Of a stretch of 64,000 bases of DNA, positions 51,263-64,000 are shown piece by piece; within the stretch, counting starts at the first letter, position 1; each line of letters starts with the position of its first letter. The notes beneath the pieces were generated by a model that was not told the DNA's origin, searched no databases, and saw only the letters and a list, made by a program, of their open reading frames with translations. Source of the DNA: Octopus sinensis (Eukaryota). The stretch is taken from NCBI RefSeq assembly GCF_006345805.1, contig NW_021831859.1, forward strand, positions 1-64,000, written 5' to 3'. The position numbers and the translations under genes are program-made.

Positions 51263-51500
51263 AATGATGATGATGATGATGATAACAATAACAATAATAA
51301 TAATATTAATAATAATAATAATAATAATGATGATAACAATAATAATAATAATAATGATAATAATAATAATATTAATAATAATAATAATAATAATGATGAT
51401 AACAATAATAATAATAATAATGATAATAATAATAATAATGATGATAATAATAATAATAATAATAATGATAATAATAATAATAATGATGATAATAATAATA

Positions 51501-51543
<43 letters not shown>

Positions 51544-51615
51544 TAATAATAATAATAATGATGATAATAATAATGATGATAATAATAATAATAATGATGA
51601 TAATAATAATGGTAA
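50735..51615. repeat. Long interrupted (AAT)n microsatellite
   Basis: About 880 bp of AAT with GAT/AAC/ATT interruptions; source of the poly-I/poly-L ORFs. Confidence 0.97.
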
Positions 51616-52040
51616 TAAAAGCAACAGATTTTAATAAAAACTTTCTAAACATTCTGTTCCGTTAAAACAAACTAATCCGGAAGTTTCCGTTTTGTCCCAA
51701 GACAATTGTATTTCCTCTCTGCCTGCTTATTCTTCTTATTATTATTATTTCTAGACCATTCTGAATTCCCTTTTACCCCCTACACTTCCGTCTACCACCA
51801 CCCCCACACCCCACCTCCTGTCTTCATGCACCACCACCCTCCCCTCCTTACCCCATCCGTGTCTCTTTTTTTCTTATTTTCTTCTCTCTTCTTTTCCTCC
51901 TCCTCCTCCTCCTTCTTCATCTTCATCTTTCTACTTTCTGTGAGTCATATTCGGTTCCTACTTTCTCGCAGACCAACCAAAATGCTTCCATTCTTTTCAG
52001 TTTTACTGTATGTGTGTGTGTGTATATGTGCATATGTATT

Positions 52041-52081
<41 letters not shown>

Positions 52082-52170
52082 ATATGCGTGTGTATATATA
52101 TGTGTGTGTGTATACACATGTATCTGTATGCATGTAAACGTATATGTATTTATAAACATGCTTATGTCTA

Positions 52171-52247
<77 letters not shown>

Positions 52248-52531
52248 GCATATATATACATATACATACATATATATAAAGACATATATATACATACACA
52301 TATATATACATATATATAAAGATATATATATACACATATACATACATACACATATATATATACATATATACATACATATATATTTATACATACACATATA
52401 TATACATACATACATATATATATATATTTATTTATTTATATACGCGTGCTTTCACAGACCAACTAAAATTACTTCCATTCTTTTGATTTGACACTATATA
52501 ATATTGTGTGTGTGTGTATATGTATATAGTA

Positions 52532-52563
<32 letters not shown>

Positions 52564-53852
52564 CATACATAAATATACATACCATGCACAGACAACATCT
52601 ACACATAAAGTTACGTACACTCACGCATGCGCACATACACATCTGCCTATGGAACTCATACACACAAACACATCCACAGAAATACATTCTACTTCATTAT
52701 TTTCTCCCCCCCCCACGACCACCACGACCACCACTCCTCTTCTTCTTCCCCCCCCCACCCGACCTGTCTAATGAAGTATCATTCTAACTGGAACACTGCT
52801 GCTACTACTGCTGCTGGTAAACTCTTTGTGGATTCTGTTCTGGCATAACTTAGAGTATTTAATACTACAGACGTTTGGAGCTTTTGGTAAAAGCAGTAAT
52901 AAGAATGATGGTGGCGGTGGTGATGGAGATGGTGGTGGTGGTCATGGTTGCATTGGTGGTCACAATCACGATGCTGAGTTCTGAGACTCACCATCAACAT
53001 GTTGGTTTCTTACATAATAATAATAATAATAATAATAATGATTTCAAGTTTTGGCACAGGACCTGAAATTTTGGGTGGTGGGGAGGGGATAAGGTGATTA
53101 CATCAACCTCAGGGTTCGACTGGTATTTATTTCATTGACCCCCAAAAGGATGAAAGGCAAAGTTGACCTTGGTGGAATTTGAACTCAGACCCTAAAGACA
53201 GCAAAATGCTGCTAAGCATTTTGCTAACGATTCTGCTAGCTCACCTCTTTGATAATAATAATAATAATAATAATCTTTTCTACTCTAGGCACAAGGCCCG
53301 AAATTTGGGGGTGGGGTAGTCAGATCGACCCCAGTATGCAACTGGTACTTAATTTATCGACCCTGAAAGGATGAAAGGCGAAGTCAACCTCGGCAGAATT
53401 TGAACTCAGAACATTGCGACAAGTGAAATACCTCGAAGCATTTCATCCAGTGTGCTAACAATTCAGTCAGTCAACCCTAGTATGCAACTGGTACTTATGT
53501 TAATGACCCTAAAAGGATGAAAGGCAAAGTCGACCATGGTGGTATTTGAACTCAGCACATAAAGAACTGAAAGAAAAACTGTTAATTTTTCCAACTCACT
53601 AACGACTCTGCCATCTCACCACCTTAATTATAATGATGGCAGTGGTTTCTGGATTTAGGCACAAGGCCTGCAATTTTGAAAGAAAGGAACATGACAGATA
53701 ATACTTGACCCCAGTTCTCAGCCTGTACCATATTTCTATTGAGTCCAGAGGGACAAAATCAAAGCTGTCTTTGGCATGATTTGAACTCAGGATGTAAAGA
53801 GCTGGAACAAATGCCATTACACAAGGTTGTTAGCAATTTTATGGAGAAGAGA

Positions 53853-54568
53853 TTCACCCTTTCCATACCAACCCGGCTGAAACCAACTCTGGATCTGAGT
53901 ACAAATGTCTTGTTTTCAAAAGTTTTGAATAAAAATCTTCCACCAAACCTTAGTCACAATTTATGTTCCTAACACTAGCTTAATGATAACTAAATTCTTT
54001 TATTAAATTCTTTGTTATATTTAAAATTAATTGAAAGAAACACAAAGCATCTCAACAGAAATACAATAACAAAGGGGTTAAAATATATATAATAGAGAAA
54101 CAATTCTTAACCATCTCAATACCAACCCAGCAGAAACCACCTCTGGCTCTGTTGTACAAATGTCTTGTTTTCATAAGTTCTGAATTAAAATCTTCCACCA
54201 AACACTAATACTTGCTTAATGATAACTAAGTTATTTTACTAAGTTCTTTGTTATATTTAAAATCAATTGAAAGAAACACAGACCATCTCAACAGAAATAC
54301 AATAACAAAGGGGTTAAAATATATAATAGAGAAACAATTCTTAACCCTCTTGACAGCAACCTGGCTGAAACTACCTCTGGCTCTGAGTACAAATATCTTG
54401 TTTTCATAAGTTTTGAATTAAAATCTTCCACCAAACCTTAGTCACAATTTATGTTCATAACACTAGCTTAATGATAACGAAGTTATTTTACTAAATTCTT
54501 TGTTATATTTAAGATAATTGAAAGAAGCACAGAGCATCTCAACAGAAATACAATTAGGAAAAGGTTAA
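53853..54568. mobile_element. piggyBac-like MITE family 2, tandem trimer
   Basis: Three units separated by the same spacer as at 27.7 kb; solo copy at 62627-62843. Confidence 0.8.
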
Positions 54569-55092
54569 GGTAGTACCTTCAATACCAATATTTTGCTGGT
54601 ACTTTATGAAAAGGAAAAAATAAATATATGAAAGAGTAAAGACAGACATTAATTAAAGCAAGATATGAAAATAACTTGGAGCCAAAATTTGGGTCAGATA
54701 CCCATACAGAGGTGAAAACTCTCCAGTGAGATTGTACCCGGGTACCTCACAACACTGGGTATATGCCATCCCTGGGAGACAATACACACAGAAGTTCTCA
54801 TAAGCATGTCAGAGGCACAAACTGGGCAAGAAGTGTCACAAGGGCTCTTGGTAGTTACACATTAACTGATCTTAGAATGCTCGTTTGTTTGGTCTGTTAG
54901 TCTTTTACTTGTTTCAGGCAATTGACTGTGGCCATGCTGGGGCACCGCTTTGAAGAATTCAGATAAACAAATCAACCTCAGTACTTTTTCTCTTATTACT
55001 TTTTTTTTTTTAAAATCTGGTGTTTATCCTGCTGGACATGTTTGCCAAACCACTGACCAATACACGTGGGGAAAAAATACAAGGACACACAT

Positions 55093-55182
<90 letters not shown>

Positions 55183-55299
55183 CACACACACACACACACA
55201 TGCATACATATGTGTGTGCAATAGGCTTCCACATGTACTTGTACATGTGGCGACATTCACCCTGGGTGGGTTGAGTCAGCTTCTTCTCCCACCCTCAAG

Positions 55300-55490
55300 A
55301 CATCTCAAACCATGGCAGCCCATGCACAACGGTCCTGCGCCAGTTCACTGGAGATAGCAAGCCAGTCACGGTTCCATTGGCGCAGGAAGACCACCTGTGG
55401 ACCCGTGAGCACGGAGAGGTCCTCCTTGATCGTCGTAACCCAGGTCTTCAGCTGCCCACCCATGCGTTTCCGCCAGCTGAGAAGTTGGTT
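55300..55490 (-). mobile_element. RTE-like LINE ORF2 C-terminal fragment (second family)
   Basis: WRKRMGGQLKTWVTTIKEDL...LAQDRCAW pattern. Confidence 0.7.
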
Positions 55491-57174
55491 CCACACAGTT
55501 TTCTTCTACCAAATCCACACACAAGGTATTGTTCCAGTCCAGGGCTAGACTAAAAGACACTTGTCCAAGGTGCCATACAGTCGACTGAATCTTCCATTCC
55601 ACTGAAAGCCCTTAAATGACATTTGCTGCCACATGTGTGGCAACTATGCCTTCTGTCCTGGATGACCAGTTATTATAAAACCTTTATTTCAGCCCCTTCT
55701 GCTGGGCACAACTCTGGGCTAGTTCTGTGGCCATGTATGTCTGTAGCAGACTCCACCTATTTCTGGCCACCAGCCTATATCATTCCAAAAGTAACCCTTG
55801 GTCCAGTATAGTGGAGGTCAACATTGTCGCTGACATCTTTAGCATTTAAACTGGCCATATCCAGCCCAAATATTCTACTGGTTTTATGTCCAAACTGGCC
55901 AGATCTGGCTTTGCACACTTATCCTACAATGTCATTCTAAGAATAAGCAATCACATCCTCCAAATTCCAATGCTACAATGTCTTTGCGTGATTAATTCAA
56001 AACAATTTGATTACATAAGCATTACATTTGACAGAATAATCTGAACACTAAAGGGTTAAAGAGACCTTTGTGCTTCTCTGTCACAAACGCTTTAGGATTA
56101 CTCTTTGGTCAGGTTTGTCGTGCATTACAACTGTTTGTTTCTCCACCCCTCACACCGTAGGATGGTGGATAAGCAGAATTGGTGGAGCAGCAGAGAAAGC
56201 ACCTTGTGGCTTCTTGCATTCTCGGTTCAAATCACACCAAAACTTACTTTGCTCTCATCTCATCGTCATCATCATCATCGTTTAGTGTCCGCTTTCCATG
56301 CTAGCAAGGGTTGGACGGTTCAACTGGGGTCTGGGAAGCCAGAAGGCTGCACCAGGCCCAGTTTGATCTGGCATTGTTTCTACGGCTGGATGTCCTTCCT
56401 AACGCCAACCACTCCATGGGTGTAGTGGGTGCTTTTTACGTGCCACCGGCACAGGTGCCAGGCGAGGCTGGCAACGGCCACGAACAGATGGTGCTTTTTA
56501 CGTGCCAAGGTTAATAAAATAAATCACCTGACAAGTATGGAGGTCTGTGGGGTCAACTGACCCTGCCAACCTTCAAATTTGCTGGCCTTGGCCCTGAATT
56601 AGAAACCAGTAATATTATTTCTTCTGCGTTCAAATTTCTCCCAGGGGTTCATATAATAAAGTACGAATCAAGGACTGGGCTAGTTTAATCAACTAACGCA
56701 TTCCACAAGTTTCAGGCCTCATGTCTATCTTAAAAACAATTATTATTATTATTATTATTATTATATTATTATTATTATTATTCCTTTCCACTCTAGGCAC
56801 AATGCCCAAAATTTTGAGGGGCGGGGGCAGTTGATTATATCAACCCCATTATGCAATTAGTACTTAATTTATTGATCCCAAAAGGATGAAAGGCAAAGTT
56901 GACCTTGGTGGAATTTGAACTCAGAATGTAACTGCAGATGAAATACCTATTTCTTTACTACCCACAAGGGGCTAAACACAAAGGAGACAAACGGATTAAG
57001 TCGATTATATCGACCCCAGTGCGCGACTGGTACTTATTTAATCAACTCTGAAAGGATGAAAGGCAAAGTCGAACCTCGGCGGAATTTGAACTCAGAATGT
57101 AATGGCAGACAAAATACCGCTGAGCATTTTACCTGGCGTGCTAATGTTTCTGCCAGCTCACCGCCTTCTTCTTC

Positions 57175-57195
57175 TTATTATTATTATTATTATTA

Positions 57196-57230
<35 letters not shown>

Positions 57231-57264
57231 GTTATTATTATTATTGTTATTATTATTATTATTC

Positions 57265-57299
<35 letters not shown>

Positions 57300-57598
57300 A
57301 TTATTAAGTTATAAAAGGTGGTGAGCAAGCAGAATCATTAGTACACCGAATGAAATGCTTTGCAGTATTTCATCTGTCTTCACATTTTGTGTTCAAATTC
57401 TGCCAAAGTCGTCTCTGCCTTTTTATTCTTTTCAGGGGTCGATAAAATAAGTATCATCTGAGTAATGGGGTCGACGTAATTGACTTACCTCCTCCCCGAA
57501 ATAACTGGCCTCGTGCCAAAATCTGAAACCATTATTATCATTTATTATTATTATTATTATATCTTATTATTATATTATTATTATTATTATTGTTATTA

Positions 57599-57644
<46 letters not shown>

Positions 57645-57893
57645 ACAAAAACAACAGCGACCTGAAAACAGCAACAATTACAGCAGCAGCAGCTTCACAA
57701 CAACAATAATAATAACAACAACAATAGTAACATAACAGTACAAGTAACAACAACAACCACAACAATTGCATCAGTGGAAATACTAATCCAACATCTGTAT
57801 GTCTTTAGGTATGAGTATATACACACACATACATACATATATATATATAATTATATATATATGTAATATATATATATATAAATTATATATATA

Positions 57894-57933
<40 letters not shown>

Positions 57934-57934
57934 A

Positions 57935-57969
<35 letters not shown>

Positions 57970-58128
57970 CGTATATATATATGTATATCATACATTATAT
58001 TATATATATATACCATTATATAATAAAAGGCTGGAAGCAATGGGACTTTAAATAACATTTGCTTCATAGGTGGGGGCTTTTGTTGAAAGATACTGTATAT
58101 ACGTGTATTATATATATATATATAATAT

Positions 58129-58175
<47 letters not shown>

Positions 58176-58477
58176 CCATATATATGTTGTATGTATGTAT
58201 ATATATATATATATATATACCCACACATGCTGTAGATTTACTTATCATCATATAACTCTTATTCTCCTTTCACACTTTCTCTAACCCCCCCAGCACTCTC
58301 TTCTCCTTCCCTCCTCTTGTCCCTCTCTCTCTCTCTTTCATTGTCCTTCTCTTTCTCCCTCCCTCCCTCTCTGTCTATCTCTCTTTATATGTTGGTATTC
58401 GTGTTTAATTTTTCCCTTTTCTTTAGATTTTGGATTATTAAATGTTTTGAAAATATTTATACATTCATTTGCAAACA

Positions 58478-58523
<46 letters not shown>

Positions 58524-59199
58524 CTTACATACATAAATACAACACACACACGCATATGTATAAGTTAATGAACTGTCCATCTATATATATTATATATATA
58601 TATATATAGATACAGATGTATGCACATATGTATGTGTGTATGTATATCAACACCCACACACAAACAGTTGTATACAGTTCTATGTGTACATAATATATCT
58701 GCATGTCTTGGAGACTTACATAAGTCAGTTGGTTCCTGCCACTCTGAGACGGTAAGAGAATTCGCTTTTTAACTTTTCACCATTTCATACAGAATTTAAG
58801 TATGTGTGTGTGTGTGCATGCATGCACACACACACAAAAGTGTATGCATATGCATACACTTATGTTGTGTATATACATTCATATATGTATGTATATATAT
58901 ATAGATATATATATATACATTCATCTATGTATATATACATATATTCATATATATATATTCATCTATGTGTGTGTATACATAATATATATTATATATATAT
59001 ATATTATCATTATTATATATTATATATATATATTATATATATATATATTCATCTATATAAAATATTATAGAGACAAAATATTATATTTATAATATTTTAC
59101 TATAAAATGGATTTAATCCTAAATCTGATTTTTTTCCCTGTAAATTTGGATTATTCCCTAATATTTATTATTCATCTATATATATATATAATATATTCA

Positions 59200-59249
<50 letters not shown>

Positions 59250-59325
59250 ATTAATCTATATGTATATATATATCTATATATATCTATATATATTCATATA
59301 CATGCATATATACATTCACACATAC
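57175..59325. repeat. Cluster of (TTA)n, (AAC)n and (TA)n microsatellites
   Basis: Direct inspection. Confidence 0.9.
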
Positions 59326-60078
59326 ATACCTTCGGAAACATGTAAAATACATTCCGATGCTTCACATGAAGCACAAACATGATCATGCAGCAAAGATGAT
59401 CGTTTCACACCCCACATGGTTCTAGTTTCAATCTCACCGCACAGCACCTGGACCAAGGGTCTGTTTCATTCACCAATGCCTTGGGGAGCAGAATTTGATA
59501 GGGAAAATCTGCGGAAACCAGTCAGATAAATAAATTTAATTAACGGTTTGGGCAAAATTTATCACCACATAACATTAATGGTAAACCACATGAAGAATGT
59601 GTCTTGGAATATTTGGTGGATATTCAATGATGCTTGCAGATGTGGGATGTATTATAAATGGTCCTTCCATGTCAATGGAGTTTTAGTTTGTTTTCTCAAA
59701 GTTGTCCATCAGAACTGGTAAAGACTTTAGATATGCTGTTGTTATTCTGTATATGTGTGTATACGTGTGTGTGTATGTTTTTATGAATGTATATATGTGT
59801 GTAGGTGTGTGTGTAAATATATGTATGTATGTGTGTGTGTGTGTATGTGTATGTTTGTATGAATGTATATATGTGTGTAGGTGTGTGTGTGTGTGTATGA
59901 ATGAATGTGTGTGTATGTTTGTATGAATGTATATATGTGTGTAGGTGTGTGTATGAGTGTGTGTCTGTGTGTATAATGTATATATGTATATACACATAAT
60001 ATGCATATGTGTATGTGCGCGTGTTCTTGTCCCATTTTGTATTTATATATATATTACATATATATATATATGTGTATG

Positions 60079-60109
<31 letters not shown>

Positions 60110-60214
60110 ATACTTGGAAATAGATGTGTGGCATTCAATTAAATAATAATATAAATAATATATATATATATATACCTGCCTTTGTCTTTTGTTTATTTTC
60201 GTAAACCTTCCCGT

Positions 60215-60250
<36 letters not shown>

Positions 60251-60383
60251 TCCACATGTAGATGTGAGTATATGCATATCTATGTGTATGTGTGTTTATA
60301 TAGATACATATATGTATATATATATGCACACACACACAGACACAATTTTTCAGTTAATCTTTTATGTCTCATCCTATTCTTGT

Positions 60384-60466
<83 letters not shown>

Positions 60467-60560
60467 ATCTAAAACTTCCCGCCTCCCCCCACTGCATTCG
60501 TTAACCCCCATCCCCACCTTCAGACATTTCTCTTAACTTCCACAGACAAGGGATACAACG

Positions 60561-60851
60561 ATATTTCATCTGTTCTACTGTTGGTCATTCTTCATTCTGC
60601 CAGCAGCTGTGGACCATTCCAAATGTTTTATCCAGGCGTGGCCAGACAATTAAACGAGATTGCTGTTAGATTGTACCATTTTTAGAACAAACTTTCTACA
60701 CCTAATGAGGAATCGGTGCCTATTGTACCAATTTTCTTCTAAAATCTATAAAAATTCCTCAGCTGATCTTATATTGTATTTCTCTGGATTAAAAGTTTGG
60801 AATGGTCCACAACAGATGGCAGAATGACCAACAGTAGAATAGATGAGATAT
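60561..60851. repeat. Foldback element with ~70-bp inverted arms
   Basis: CATCT(G/A)TTCTACTGTTGGTCATTCT...TGTGGACCATTCCAAA at 60561-60635, mirrored at 60785-60851. Confidence 0.7.
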
Positions 60852-61234
60852 ATATTTCCCTGGTGTATATTATTTGATAGTGAAGGCTCATGGCTCAATG
60901 GTTAGTGTGTTGAGCTCACAATCATAAGGCAGTGAGCTCAATTTATTGACCGGGCTGAGTGTTGTGTTCTTGAGCAAGACACTTTATTTCAAGTTGCTCC
61001 AGTTCACTCAGCTGTAGAAATGAGTTGTGGCATTACTGGTGCCAAGCTGTATCGGCCTTTGACTTTCCCTTGGATAACATCAGTGGCGTGGAGAGGGGAA
61101 GCTGGTATGCATGGGTGACTGCTGGCCATCCACAAACAACCTTGCCCTGATTTGTACCTCAGAGGAGAACCTTCTAGGTGCAATCCCATGACCCCAAAGG
61201 GGGTCATTCAGTTCTATATTTAAGAGATGAGGAA

Positions 61235-61708
61235 TTATTTACATTTGACAGATATTTGTCCTCATCTTGTTTGTTTTTAACACATTTCAGGTGATATACC
61301 CTCTTCATCAAGTGTCTTGAGGAAATTTCGAACCTGGGTTCTCATTCCTAAGGTATTTATTGATGTTGTTTGTTTGAAGGCTGGAGGGTATATCAGCCGA
61401 AAAGTAAGGCGGTGAGCTGGCAGAAACGTTATCACGCCGGGCGAAATGCTTGGCGGTATTTCGTCTGCCGTTACGTTCTGAGTTCAAATTCCGCCGAGGT
61501 AGACTTTGCCTTTCATCCTTTCGGGGGTTGATAAATTAAGTACCAGTTACGCACTGGGGTCGATATATTCGACTTAATCCGTTTGTCTGTCCTTGTTTGT
61601 CCCCTCTGTGTTTAGCCCCTTGTGGGTAGTAAAGAAATAGGTATATCAGCCGAAACATTGTGTTAGCAACAAACAAGATGGGGACAAATATCCATCAAAT
61701 GTAAATAA
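61235..61708. mobile_element. Palindromic copy of the 19.8-kb hammerhead family, decayed and interrupted by a SINE
   Basis: Termini TTATTTACATTTGACAGATATTTGTCCTCATCTTGTTTG and CAAACAAGATGGGGACAAATATCCATCAAATGTAAATAA are inverted; both cores are mutated or deleted. Confidence 0.65.
61403..61639 (+). mobile_element. tRNA-derived SINE with a Nin/Deu-like central domain (representative copy, with TSD)
   Basis: Core GACTTTGCCTTTCATCCTTTCGGGG(T)TGATAAATTAAGTACCAG, flanked by a direct repeat GGTATATCAGCCGAAA. Other copies at about 7930-8145, 12309-12530, 22700-23310 (tandem), 26800-27030, 31870-32105, 36965-37190, 53040-53620, 56770-57165, 57315-57530. Confidence 0.85.
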
Positions 61709-64000
61709 TGTAAATAATGTACAAAAGGGGTCATTATTCTTTGATAATGCTGTGTATTTGTTTGGGACTGAATGTGGCGGAGTATTTATTTGGAATATTA
61801 TGGATGTGATAGGCTTGCTTTTTTTGTGTAGGTTTGCTCTGTGTCCTATATCATCATCATCATCATCATATTCGTTATTTAACATCTGTTTTCTATGTTG
61901 GCATGGGTTAGAAGATTTGTCTGGAACTGGTAAGCTGTCGAGCTGCACAGAACTCCACTCTTCTTCGGCATGGTTTCCATGACTGGATGCCCTTCCTAAT
62001 GCCAACCACTCCACAGAGTATACTGGGTGTCTTAAATGTGTCACCAGCACATATATCAATTTTAAAGGGACTTCTGAAACACTGTGTATGTGCACTAATG
62101 CATGTGTGTGTGTATGTGTGCTTATACATACATATATATATAGAAATACATGAACTACACATAAAATATGTGACAAAAACCAAACACACTAAAATTACTG
62201 AACAGATGGATATACAAGAAAAAGCCTCATAAAAACTCAACACAAAATGCATGATACCTGACTGCAAACTTAAACTAATAATATACTGCGAAATCACACC
62301 AACCAAAAGCTTCCTTATCGATAGTGCACCACAAACATCAAAGCCTGAGGACAGGAGTTGGTGAGCTGGAGAACATAGTTTCTACAACTGGATATCCTTT
62401 TTAAAGCCAACCACTTTACAGTGTGTACTGGGTACTTTTTAGGTGGTACTAGCACTGGTACTTTTTTATGTAGTACCGGCACCACTGACTGTAAAACTGA
62501 AAGTTACTAACTCAGGACTCTAGCTGTTGCATTGGACAGACTTGTACAAGACTGTCATTTTGGCTCACTATGCATTTGCAATATACAGCTATACCACAAC
62601 ATTACTCCACATATCACAAAATGAAGTTAACCCTTTCATTACCAACCCGGCTGAAACCAGCTCTGGCTCTGGAGTACAAATGTCTTGTTTGCATAAGTTT
62701 TGAATTAAAATCTTCCACCAAACCTTAGTCACAATTTATGTTCCTAACACTAGCTGAATGGTAACTAAGTTATTTTACTAAATTCTAAGTAATTGAAAGA
62801 AACACAGAGCATCTCAAAATAAATACAGTAACGAAAGGGTTAAATGCAAAGATACTTGTGAAATATATCAATTTTTATAAAATTCTATACAAAAATACAA
62901 GATTAATCCTGGAAACCATATTCATGTGGCAATACAATGCTAAAATTAACATCCAAACACACACACATCAAAAAAATTAACATGTGATTACTGATTTAAA
63001 GAAAATAAAAAACCTAATGGTCAAAATTTCACCATGACAGACAAATCAACAAGTGACTGCCAATGCATGATGTTAATGGTCAAAAAACTTTCAGCAGGAA
63101 AGCCATACTCTCAATTCTTGGAAATGAGACTGTGAAGTTCTAGAAACGTTGGATATATTATTTTATTCTTTTACTTGTTTCAGTCATTTGACTGTGGCCA
63201 TGCTGGAAAACTGCCTTAAAGGATTTTTAAGTCAAAGTAATCAACCCCAGGACTTATTCTCTATAAGCCCAGTACTTATTCTATCGGTCTCTTTTGCCAA
63301 ACTGCTAAGTTAGGGGGACATAAACACACTAACATTGGTTGTCAAACAATGGGGTGGGGGGCAAACACAGACACAAAGATGCACATACACACATAAATAT
63401 ATATGTATACGATATGTTTCTTTCAGTTTCCGTCTACCAAATCCACTCACAAGGCTTTTGGTCAGCCCAAGGTTATAGTAGGAGACACTTGACCAAGGTG
63501 CTACGCAGTGGGACTGAACCCAGAACCATGTGGTTGGGAAGTAAGTTTCTTAACACACAACCACACTTGTGTCTATATATACATACATACATATATATAT
63601 ATATATATGTGCCGGTGGCACGTAAAAGGCACCATTTGAGCGTGATCGTTACCAGCATCGCCTTACTGGCACTTGTGCTGGTGGCATGTGTAAAAAGATT
63701 TGAGCGAGTTCGTTGCCAGTATCGCCTGACTGGCCCCCGTGCCGGTGGCACGTAAAAGCACCCACTACACTCTCGGAGTGGTTGGCATTAGGAAGGGCAT
63801 CGAGCTGTAGAAACTCTTCCAGATCATGATTGGAGCCTGGTGCAGCCATCTGGTTCACCAACCCTCAGTCATTCGTCCAACCCATGCCAGCATGGAAAGC
63901 GGACATTAAACAATGATGATATATATATCTGTGTGTGTATGTGGACTGGTGATACATATATATATATATATATTTATATAAATATATGTATATGAGAGAG

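Noticed and set aside
50360-51665. Long ORFs of 430, 339 and 275 aa, and similar ORFs at 6-7.8 kb, 52 kb and 58-60 kb
   Set aside because: Translations of simple repeats that lack stop codons in some frames.

Overview
Repeat-dense, microsatellite-rich animal genomic DNA. The SINE/LINE families look like those of Octopus/coleoid cephalopods (inference). One complete protein-coding gene can be assembled by hand: a 12-exon mitochondrial NAD-dependent isocitrate dehydrogenase gamma subunit (IDH3G, + strand, 13156-29270, 393 aa, all introns GT-AG and phase-consistent). Its stop codon overlaps a perfect splice donor, so alternative C-termini are possible. The rest is mostly mobile DNA: tRNA-derived SINEs, RTE and CR1 LINE fragments, mariner/pogo remnants, piggyBac-like MITEs and Helentron-like elements, plus simple repeats. 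Almost all long ORFs in the ORF track are microsatellite or SINE artefacts. The most unusual signal is a set of type I hammerhead-ribozyme motifs from five sequence-unrelated families of Penelope-like remnants. One lies sense-strand in IDH3G intron 7 with a variant core (CCGACGA). One lies downstream of a tRNA-Arg-like Pol III head, and several occur as inverted pairs. All ribozyme folds were worked out by eye and their activity is untested.
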